NCBI GenBank assembly: GCA_001655205.1 | Contig: LPNZ01007946.1 | Coordinates: 1-32,257 of the forward strand | Direction: 5' to 3' | DNA: 32,257 bases | From: Lenisia limosa | Lineage: Eukaryota; Protista; Breviatea | Shown here: in pieces, positions 1-10,539 of the stretch | How positions within the stretch are numbered: position 1 is the stretch's first letter | How the letters are laid out: the number at the start of each line of letters is the position of its first letter | Program-made: the position numbers and the translations under genes | Notes under the pieces: generated by a model | Told to the model about the DNA's origin: nothing | Seen by the model: the letters and a program-made list of their open reading frames with translations, nothing else | Database searches by the model: none

Positions 1-89
1 AATTAAAATAAAAACAGAGCTAAATCACCAATAAATCAACAACCAATTCCAATTAAAATATACCAAAACGAAATATCTATCGTCTATAG

Positions 90-1377
90 TCAACAACACT
101 TTCTCGCTCTGCGATGTTTTGCCCGGCTTTCAGCAGATGGATCGATTGTAGGTCTCCCTCCAGAACCAGGCTTGTATAGAATCGCGTTGCTATCCAGAAG
201 AAAACGATTGTATGCACGCGTCAGGATCACATCGCTGATCTTGACAGAATAGGAGCTTTTATAATCAATAATTGTGAAGCACTTCCTTGGCAGGCTGTCG
301 GGAAGGTATCTTTGATTGTGGTATGCCTCACAAGCTCTTCTCAGAAGCTGGTTCCGCTCAGCGGGGTTCAAGAAGTCTTGAAAACCGTTGGGTTCAAGAG
401 GCATTTTGGGTTTCATGCCCCGCATTTTGTGTCTTAAGTCTTCTTTATCAGCAACCACCTTATGTCGTTTAGCTCTCGTAACTTTCATGGTTAAAAACAG
501 GGGGAAATGAANNNNNNNNNNNNNNNNNNNNNNNNNNNNNNNNNNNNNNNNNNNNNNNNNNNNNNNNNNNNNNNNNNNNNNNNNNNNNNNNNNNNNNNNN
601 NNNNNNNNNNNNNNNNNNNNNNNNNNNNTGCCATATTTTTGAGACATAGAAAGCAAACTACTTACACATAATATGCTACCGACACTAAACCCGATTTTAC
701 CCGATTTTTTATAAATTCCCATTTTCCTCTAAGTAGTATGAATATACATTAGTATGCAATCGATATGTAATAATTAACACCACAGAAGAAATGGATCAAG
801 GCAAGGGCTTATTCTGGCAACAAAACAAATAAGAAGAAAACAAACTGAAATGAAGGATTCTTCTTACCCATCTGAGGCTGATGTAACGACTTCAAGTCCA
901 TTTTCCAAACATGAATCCGTTATTTTTTTTAATTGCTCCTTGAGGGGAACAACGGCCGTGGTATCGTATGGGGAAGTGGAGAAGTGGGCGAAGCACTACT
1001 GGTCTTGGGGGAGATCACCGCTGGAGGGGAGAGAGGTTCGGGGGTGATGCTTNNNNNNNNNNNNNNNNNNNNNNNNNNNNNNNNNNNNNNNNNNNNNNNN
1101 NNNNNNNNNNNNNNNNNNNNNNNNNNNNNNNNNNNNNNNNNNNNNNNNNNNNNNNNNNNNNNNNNNNNNNNNNNNNNNNNNNNNNNNNNNNNNNNNNNNN
1201 NNNNNNNNNNNNNNNNNNNNNNNNNNNNNNNNNNNNNNNNNNNNNNNNNNNNNNNNNNNNNNNNNNNNNNNNTTCTGGTCCGGTTCGATGTCGCTGTTCT
1301 CGTCGTTGCTTTGCAAAGATATCTCCAAGCACATCATCTTCAAATTTATATTCAGGAACGTCGTCATGTCGTCCCAT
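90..1377 (-). CDS. Hypothetical multi-exon protein, unidentified, interrupted by two N gaps
   Basis: ATG at 1377 opens MGRHDDVPEYKFEDDVLGDIFAK. Exon near 868-990 reads FAHFSTSPYDTTAVVPLKEQLKKITDSCLENGLEVVTSASDG and ends at a GTAAG donor at 867. An open frame 90-511 ends in a stop at 90. Exon joining could not be fully resolved. Confidence 0.45.
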
Positions 1378-1659
1378 TTTGGTTGTTCCGAAGACAAATT
1401 GCGAAAAAATAGACAAATGAAAAAGCGTTCGCGTTCATGTGAGTGTTCGCGTTCATATATGGTCACCTAATAGTACAATATAATATGCATGCATATGATA
1501 TGTATATGCTGCTCCGCNNNNNNNNNNNNNNNNNNNNNNNNNNNNNNNNNNNNNNNNNNNNNNNCGGGTATAAATTGCTTAATTTTATCTTTAATACTGT
1601 TAAAGTGATAGATTTAAACATTAGTTACTAGTCCCTCATAGAGTAAGCGAAACTTGCTC

Positions 1660-1735
1660 CCAAAAAGAAGAAAAAAAGAAGAAAGAAGAAGAAGAAAAAA
1701 GAAAAAAAGAAAAAAAGAAAAGAAAAGAAAAAAGC
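1660..1735 (+). repeat. A/G-rich low-complexity tract
   Basis: Runs of aaaag/gaaa units are visible directly. Confidence 0.8.
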
Positions 1736-2132
1736 CACCAGAGTACCGGCCCGGACTATTTAATTGTGTTATTTTTTCCCTTTTTTTACATTATCACTGT
1801 GTTACAGTAACTATATTTCAAGAGCTGACAACGAAGGCAACTCAAACTTAAGTGGGATTTTGTTGATTTTGTAAAAATATTATCCAATCTTGGGTCAGAA
1901 AAAAATATTTAGTATTTTTTAAAAAAGGGTTCGAAATAAAAATTTATTTTTTCGAAACCCCCCCTTTTTCACCTTATTGTGGCTTTCAGGATTACGTAGA
2001 AATTTAGTACGTTCAAAATGAGTGAAATCGGAACAAAAAAGAAAATTTAACCATAAAGTGGAAAAAAAAAAAGGTCCAATAATTAAAAATATTTTTACAA
2101 TTTCTTCATTTTTTGAATTTTCNNNNNNNNNN

Positions 2133-2608
2133 AAGCCCCATCCATACCTGAAGTAAGACGACAGTTGGAGCCGCAGCGCGAACTTCATGGTAAATTCGGT
2201 CGAGACGAGAGCCATGAGAAAAGGACTTGTTCAAAGAGGGGAATCTCCTGAGACGTTCAGAAAGGTTAAAAGGCAAAAATTGAAGAAAACAAGAAAACAC
2301 ATAATACCTTGAATAACTTCCATAATGGAGTATGTTGTAAGACAACAAACTGAATTGATTTTGAGAACAACTTAAAGTTGCAGCTCGTTCGGAATTGATG
2401 GAAGAGCAGATTGACTGGGAAGGTTAGTTGGGTCCTCATGAAACAAACTTCGATAGCTCCTCTATTCAAAGATGGTGACAACATAGTAAGATACTCTTAA
2501 AAGGAAAAGTACAAAAGTGGGAACTAACTCTGAAAATCAAATAGTATCACAAAAATCACCAAAAAGTTTACCTTAAATAATTGGAAAGAAAGGGGCCCAG
2601 GGCCTCAG
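2133..2608 (+). mobile_element. Copy A: 3' fragment of the transposase-bearing repeat unit
   Basis: 2423-2608 matches 5864-6049 almost base for base (186 bp). 2133-2422 is K/R-rich coding-like sequence not seen in copy C. Bounded by 10-N gaps. Confidence 0.65.
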
Positions 2609-2618
2609 NNNNNNNNNN

Positions 2619-3774
2619 TGCGAAGAATGAAAAAAAAATTCGCTCTGCATTGAGAATAGCGGCCCACTGTCAAACTGCTGCTGAGTCTTCAAAATAAAAA
2701 AATCCGGAAATTTAAACAAAGTGGGGATGTCGCTCACCAAATAATATTCTTTTCTAAAAGCTCTAGGCATCTATCAAGATGTTCAATGTAGCAAGCACGG
2801 CGGAGTTGTGTGTCGCTCGAGTTATTACAATGGCAAGATTTGGATTTGATGAAGAATTTGAAAAAGGTTTGAGTGATGGGTATTTTATTTGACAACCTTA
2901 ATGTGTCTCATTTGTGTAGCGGAAGAATTTGGAAAAGAGGAACTGGATGATTTTTACAAACCATTTGGACCCGATGCCAACCGCCTTCTGGGACCTGGCT
3001 TTACACTCATATCCAAGAGATGTGACAAAGTAAGATATATTTTGTGTTGACATTGTATATTCAGTACCGCATTGTTAACAAAGATAAGTACCTCTCAATG
3101 ATTGACGAATGTGTTGAACACCTGGAAGCGATTGTGTTCCGTCACGAAATGCAATGGGTGGAGAATCACCCCCCGAAGCAACATTGAAAATGGTTGCGCC
3201 TTCTGAAGAGTCAATTGAAGCGGCAATGGAATGGAACATGAATGTGGTTGGAGTCAGCACCAGTGCGTTCTTCAACACTGAAGCCGTTTTGCTTGTTTTG
3301 GAGAATCTTGCGAAGAAAAAAGGATGCTCTCCACGAAATCCTCTTCTTGTTATGGGAGACGGAGCCAAAATCCATGTATCAGCCGAGGTATATTACCTTT
3401 TATTGGTATGTTTGTGTTAACTATTCAGGCTTCTGCTACACTTTTCCCAAGGTCAGGCGTTATTTTTGTGGCTGAACTGTCATTTTCGTCACATTTCATG
3501 CAGGTTAGTAACGGTACTTTGACTATGATTAACAGTTGTCCAGGTTGCCGACTCCCTCTATCATGCAAAGGTCAATGAAAGTATTCGCAAAGGTAGTTCT
3601 CGTCATGCTAAAAATAGCTCAATTCGGTGAGTTATCCTCTTTTTTTAGTCAAATTGAAGAACATGAGGTGGTTTCCATTTGTGCAGCTGCTNNNNNNNNN
3701 NATTTCAGAAAAAGCCATCCTCAAAATAATTATCGAAATATATCAAAAAAATTCAAATTAGACAATTTTTCTTT
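2619..3774 (+). pseudogene. Copy B: internally deleted pogo-like transposase pseudogene
   Basis: 2619-3691 aligns to 4230-5500 and 3702-3774 aligns to 6190-6262. It lacks the 242 nt equivalent to 4791-5032, including the first catalytic Asp. It keeps LLVMGDGAKIHVS (Asp 3358-3360) and the spliced GVIFVAELSFSSHFMQ|VAD (Asp 3550-3552). Confidence 0.7.
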
Positions 3775-6262
3775 CTTCCTCCTGATTCGACATATAAAAT
3801 GTCCTCGTTTCAGGTATTTCCAACCCCAAGTGGATATGTTCTGTTCATCCCCCACGCCACTCTTTCGTTGTCAATTAATAGAATTCAACAGAATGTGAAA
3901 TCAACCGGAAGCCAAGCTAGCTGGAAGGAAGCAAGGTCGCCCTTCTTTCCCAACGAAGACACTTGATGCTGGAAGAGACATAATTCGTCAACACAAACTG
4001 GAATGTGAGTAGTTTTACTGATTTATGTTAGATAGACATGAAAACTGATGTAGCAACTGTAACCCACGCAATGAAAGAAGTTGATGAGAAGGGTAGAGGA
4101 AGTGAAAGTTCGACAAGGAAGCTTTTAGCGGAATTCTCTAATCCAAGTGATCTTGATTACCACAACAAATGTAAGATTTCACAATTCTTTGATTCTCTCT
4201 ATCATTTTAACGTTCCAGCCCGAAAATTGTGCGAAGAATAAAAAAAAATTCGCTCTGCATTGAGAATAGCGGCCACTGTCAAACTGCTGCTGAGTCTTCA
4301 AAATAAAAAAATCCAGAAATTCAAACAAAGTGGGTGTATGTGTACGGAATAGTCGCTCACCAAATAATATTCTTTTCTAAAAGCTCTAGGGCATCTATCA
4401 AGATATTCAATGTAGCAAGCACGGCGGAGTTGTGTGTCGCTCGAGTTATTACAATGGCAAGATTTGGATTTGATGAAGAATTTGAAAAAGGTTTGAGTGA
4501 TGGGTATTTTATTTGACAACCTTAATGTGTCTCATTTGTGTAGCGGAAGAATTTGAAAAAGAGGAACTGGATGATTTTTACAAACCATTTGGACCCGATT
4601 CCAACCGCCTTCTGGGACCTGGCTTTACACTCATATCAGAGATGTGACAAAGTAAGATATATTTTTTTGTTGACATTGCAGTATATTCAGTACCGCATTG
4701 TTCACAAAGATAAGTACCTCTCAATGATTGACGAATGTGTTGAACACCTGGAAGCGATTGTGCCCAATTCGCCTGTTCCGTCACGAAATGTTGTATTTAT
4801 TGACGAGATAGCGTGGATGAAATCTTACTGGGAATCAGTGAAAGGTGAACCACTGGCTTCAGCAATTTCGATTCTCAATTTAAATGGGATAATAGAGGAG
4901 TCTGGAATTGTTCTGGGTGGTGAAAACCTCTTCAAGAAAGCAGCTGCTCGTTCAGAAAAAGAGAAACGTCAAAAGGCACCAAAGAGACCCAAGCTTCCGC
5001 GCATTGGAGTAAAGAGTATGGATGACATCTTGCAATGGGTGGAGAATCACCCCACCGAAGCAACATTGAAATGGTTGCGCCTTCTGAAGAGTCAATTAAA
5101 GCGGCAATGGAATGGAACATGAATGTGGTTGGAGTCAGCACCAGTGCGTTCTTCAACACTGAAGCCGTTTTGCTTGTTTTGGAGAATCTTGCGAAGAAAA
5201 AAGGATGCTCTCCACGAAATCCTCTTCTTGTTATGGGAGACGGGGGTCAGGCGTTATTTTTGTGGCTGAACCGTCATTTTCGTCACATTTCATGCAGGTT
5301 AGTAACGGTACTTTGACTATGATTACCAGTTGTCCAGGTTGCCGACTCCCTCTATCATGCAAAGGTCAATGAAAGTATTCGCAAAGGTATTTCTCGTCAT
5401 GCTAAAAATAGCTCAATTCGGTAAGTACGCTATCTACCTCTTATCCTCTTTTTTTAGTCAAATTGAAGAACATGAGGTGGTTTCCATTTGTGCAGCTGCT
5501 NNNNNNNNNNACGATGCTTGGGAAGCCGTCAACTCCTGAAAAAGCCGTCTTTCGGACTGAAACCCATAATTCATAAGCACGAGTTAATTGAGTTCATCCA
5601 GGCACTCGCATTACAAGCCTCTGCCTCTGTCAAAGCTCACATTGACAATTGTGAAGATGCTGATACTGTTACTCCGGAGTTGGTTTCTTACGCTCAAGGT
5701 GTTGCTNNNNNNNNNNATATTTCACAGATTTAGGATGGGGCCCGGTCGAAAACCAGCCCCGAATTCCTACGATGTCGATGACATGCATGTTGAGAAGAAC
5801 GTCTGGGAAACTCACCTTACTGACACTGAAAAGCACCGATATTTGCTGAAAGCAGCCACTGATGTTAGTTGGGTCCTCATGAAACAAACTTCGATAGCTC
5901 CTCTATTCAAAGATGGTGACAACATAGTAAGGTACTCTTAAAAGGAAAAGTACAAAAGTGGGAATTAACTCTGAAAATCAAATAGTATAACAAAAATCAC
6001 CAAAAAGTTTACCTTAAATAATTGGAAAGAAAGGGGCCCAGGGCCTCAGGCCAAGAGAGTCGGGCGAAGAGCAAAGGTTGGTGTAAGGAAGTTACTGATC
6101 TGACCAGTATCTCAGTTTAGCATTAAGCTGCTGTCTCTCCACTGCCTCTCTTGAAAAGGCGTGGAGCACGTTGATGGAGAGGGGCTTTTATTTCAGAAAA
6201 AGCCATCCTCGAAATAATTATCGAAATATATCAAAAAAATTCAAATTAGACAATTTTTCTTT
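3775..6262 (+). mobile_element. Copy C: ~2.5-kb unit with an intron-containing pogo/Tc1-mariner-like (DDE_1-type) transposase pseudogene, coding region ~3799-5940
   Basis: Motifs RNVVFIDE (Asp 4802-4804), STSAFFNTEAVLLVLENL...RNPLLVMGDG (Asp 5239-5241), QVAD (Asp 5344-5346) and DAWEAV parallel the pogo/Fot1 motifs NIYNxDE, SGWMxSExF...PVLLILDGH, QPLD and AWxxV. Frameshifts near 4636 and 5060, and an ~88-nt deletion after 5243. No TIRs found. Confidence 0.7.
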
Positions 6263-6337
6263 TTGCTGGTTCACTATTATTTGATGATTTTGGGGTAACT
6301 GTTAGTAACATAATCTGCTAAGTAATTCAGGCAAAAA

Positions 6338-9300
6338 ATGGCTGCGAACTATCCTGTTCCTCCAGGGGCGAGGTTTGAATGGATTTTGGCTTTGATATGT
6401 CTTTATTAATGGAACCAATAACTATATTCTGAAGGATATTGGATTTTTTTGTTTCCTTTTTGGCTGTTCTCGAGCCCTTCCTTATATTTGCAGGCATTAT
6501 GGACACACGAGCCCCTCTCCGCAACCAGCAACAACATACCAGCAGTCATTCCAGCCAAACCACCCACCAATGACTGGACCTCCTCCAATGCAAAGGACTG
6601 GACCTCCTGTAGCTGGGCCTCCTATTACTAACAAACCAAACATGGGAGTTCCTACACCACCCCAACCAATGGCGAGCCCTGTAGCGCCTGTAAATACTGT
6701 GACGTCGGCTCCCCCGCAGAGTATCCCAACCCCAGATCCTGTCCCTGGAAGACCGCAAAGAAGGCAATATCATGATATTCAGAAGATCAGTGGCCTTGGA
6801 ATCTCCTCCCCTGGTCGTTCAACTTCTTCCCCAAACCCACAGATGTATGTTCCTGCCCATCAGAAGCCAAGTGAAAGTGAGAACGTTTCATCTCCGGCAT
6901 ATTCTGGCTATGGTAAGCTCTAGATTTGTTTGTCTTGAATTCTACAATGTCCCTCCTCTCATCTTCTTAGGAAATTTGTCACCGAAACCTGATTTCCAAT
7001 ACAGTAAGGAGAGCAAAGCTTTTATAACGCACACTTCCTCTTACCCTCATCCATCCATCAGATAGCGAACTGAATGCAGGTAAACAGTTTCTCAGACCAA
7101 CGTTGAATGTGATCCCCAGAACCAAGGCAATGTTAGATGCCTCACATCTTCCTTTGGCTATCCATCTTCGACCTCTTGCCGCTGAAACTGAGGAGGTTTG
7201 TTTTTTTGTTTTTTTTTCAAAAAAACTATGTTCTTTTTTTTATTGCCTTTTTTGGGATCAAGGTTGTTATTGTCTAGGAGCCCCCTCCACTTGTTAATAC
7301 CCAGACCTCTCCGATTGTTCGGTTTGTGGATCCAGACAACCAGTTATTTTGTCATATTTGTTTCTAACTACTGATAGGTGTAAAATGTGTCGTATGTATA
7401 TGCATCCTAATGTGCAATTCACAAGCAATGGACGGAACTGGAAATGTGACATTTGTGGCATTGAAAATGCAGGTTTGTTTGTCATAACGACACATCTTTC
7501 TTTTTTGTATATTATGGTGTAGTTGTGGCCCAGTACTTCTCCCCCCTTGTTGACGGCAAACGAACGGACGCAATGAGTCGTCCTGAGCTTCGGTCCGGTT
7601 CTGTCGAGTATATCGGTAAGGCCAAGCTCTACTGGGGGTTAACTTTCCAGCCACGGAAGACTACATGACTAGACCCCCCATTCCAACAATTCACTGTTTT
7701 GTTTTTGAGACTTCCAAACAATCTGCCCAGTCAGGTGTTCTCCAAGCATCATGCAATGCAGTCAAAGAAATGCTGGCACAGGTTGGCACATTTCTTGATT
7801 GAGCTGACACTCTAGCTTGATCTCACGGAACCGCACTTTGTTTGCTTCATTGTTGCTGGTTCGACTCTGAGTTTCTTTGACGTTTCTGAGACTCTCTCGA
7901 AACCTAATGAGCTGGTTATTCCCAAGATCGATGAGCCCTTCCTTCCCAACCCAAAGGGTCTTTATCACAGCTACGGAGATGTAAAGGATAATGTTGAGGT
8001 TTGATCTTTTCAAGTAGCATTCCCAACTCACAACTATAGCTGCTTCTTGACATTATTCCTCGCATGTACTCTCGAAACCAAGACCCTGCCAATGCCCTCG
8101 GAACAGCAATTGCTTCTGCCCAGTCTGTCCTGGTAAGCTCACTGAGGTTCTTTCTCTTCTCACACTCCAGGCTAGGAATGGCGGTGTTATCAATCTCTTC
8201 ATGTGCTCTATGCCAAATTGCGGACTTGGAAAATTAGAAACTGTCGAGCAAAAGTCGTACTATGGAACTGCTGAGGTATGAGAGGGGGAGGGGGTCAAAC
8301 ATAACATTGCANNNNNNNNNNNNNNNNNNNNNNNNNNNNNNNNNNNNNNNNNNNNNNNNNNNNNNNNNNNNNNNNNNNNNNNNNNNNNNNNNNNNNNNNN
8401 NNNNNNNNNNNNNNNNNNNNNNNNNNNNNNNNNNNNNNNNNNNNNNNNNNNNNNNNAATTTTACCGAAAGATTGCGATTGATGCACAGCAAAGAGAAGTT
8501 GCCTTCCACCTCTACATCTTCCCTGGTCCAACTTTCATAGATGTGGCCACTGTCAGTAAGCGGGTAGCTGTACTACCTTATGAGCTTTCATGAATTATGT
8601 TGGCTTTAAATGTAATATTTCTCGTTTATATTTGTAGATTCATTGAGTCGTTTTACTTCCGGACAGCTGTTCTTCTACCCTCACTTTAACCCCACCATCC
8701 ACACCCCACAAGTAGGTCACACTCCCATTTCCCCTCTTATCTAATAGCTTACTGCTGATATCCTTGCTGTTAATGCTGAAATTGGCAAAGAAGGTGTCTT
8801 GCGCGTCAGAGTCTCTAAGGGTTAGTCCTTCCCTCTCTGCTATTTATTCAATAGGCTTGAAAGTTACCGTCTACCACGGCTCCTTCTTTGTGCGGACTTC
8901 AAATCTTCTTGGTCTCCCTGTCATTGTTCCAAATCAGAATTTCTCCATTCAAATCGGTTACGAGAGCGAGTCTCTCCAAGGATCCCATGCAGTCGTTCAA
9001 GCAGTGTGCAGACGGTTGATATATAGTATTCGTATATGTATGTATACAATATCATATATATATTAATTATTTATCTTTTCTTGACGCTTAATGATTATAA
9101 GAAAGAGGAGCGCCAATTTACGTACTTAGGCACTGTTGTACACTCCAGCCAACCTGGAACGTCTTATCTGTGTACATACCACGGTCCTTCCCATTGTTGA
9201 AACTATTGGTGACGTCTTCAAGAATTCAGATGAGGAAGCTCTTGCTTGTCTCTTTGCCGATCTTGGTTGGTCTTTTTTTCATCAAAGTTCTTTTCTCACC

Positions 9301-10420
9301 TGTCCAGCCATCGATCAAGCCAGTCAAGAGGGTCTAGTCGTTGCTCGTAAGAAAACGAGGAGTCAGCTCACCAACATCCTCGCTTATTATAAGCGGTAAG
9401 CAACAGCTCTCTTTTCTATGATATTAGTTTGCATTTTATATATATATATATATATATGATATATCGATATCATACGTATTTCCTCATGTTCTAGATTCTT
9501 CCAATCTTCAACCAACCACACCCAATTACTTCTTCCCCAAACCCTTGAAGTGCTCCCCCTTTACACTTGCGGACTTCTTAAGTCTCGGCTTCTCTGTGGT
9601 GTAGGCAATTGTTTTTTTCGAGTTTACCAAAGGGAGTTTCCCCCTGACCGTTAAGAACGTCGTTGCTGATCACCGTTCTGCTTTGTTCCTCTCTACCAAG
9701 TGCATGTCTGTAAAGGACCGCCTGTCTCTCCTCTACCCTCGTCTATTCCCTGTTACCGAGCTTGACAACGATCAAGTGAGCGAATTATCACAAATGTCAT
9801 TCATTTGCCAAGTGAATTTGCTTTTTGTAGCTGTTGATTGCTTCCCCTTATTTCACAGTATCTTCTCGAATCCGATGGAGAGATCCTTCTTCCCCCAGCG
9901 CTAAAATCTTCAAGACTCTCACTGTCCAACTTCCACGTGTATCTTCTCGACAACAGTCAAGAGCTTCTTCTTTGGATTGGTGGGTTTCTTGAAATGTCTT
10001 TTTTTTTTCTGACACCTGAAGGGCGGGACGTTTCTCAAGAATGGGCTAATGATGTTTTTGGAAAGCAATCATTGGGTCAACTTCAATCCTTCAACCTCAG
10101 TCCGCTTGAGTCACCAAAAACGGATGCTGGTATCAGGCTGAACAACCTTGTGAGTGCTCTTAGGCTCAGACGCTCACGTTCTCTGCGGGTAAGCTATTTC
10201 TTGTATTTCCAGCATCATCATGTCTCTCACCTTTGAAGCTCTTTGTATTTCAACAATGCCACCCCAATGAAGACAATTACTTTGGGCAGTTCTTGTATGA
10301 CGATGAAGTTCAGGGTAACCCCTCTTATCAGAGCTTCTTGAATGTAGGACACAGGTTTATTTTGCCAAACTGACTTCGCAGTCTCTTCATGTCGCAATAC
10401 AAGAATCAAATCGAATCTAG
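6338..10420 (+). CDS. SEC24: COPII coat subunit Sec24, about 20 introns
   Basis: P/Q-rich N-terminus; FLRPTLNVIP...LPLAIHLRPLA; zinc finger CKMC...WKCDIC (7380-7460); RPELRSGSVEY; trunk-domain NALGTAIASA; gelsolin-like YLLDNSQELLLWIG; stop TAG at 10418-10420. Confidence 0.95.
9437..9457. repeat. (AT)n microsatellite in a SEC24 intron
   Basis: Visible directly. Confidence 0.9.
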
Positions 10421-10539
10421 CGTCCCTTGTTTTGTGTTTCTTACATCTACGTTTGTTTCTTGCATACTTCCACCATTTAATGTACAATACTAGGATAGTT
10501 TGCGGAACAGGGTTGTTAGGAAGAAACTTGGATAAATAA

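Noticed and set aside
933-1466. Long ORFs with X runs (also 8234-8540, 28793-29657)
   Set aside because: Artefacts of translating through N gaps.
1780-6310. Terminal inverted repeats and TA target duplication for the pogo-like unit (TACAGTA at ~1803, GTAACTGTTA at ~6295)
   Set aside because: The candidates do not extend into matching inverted repeats, and true ends may be hidden in N gaps.
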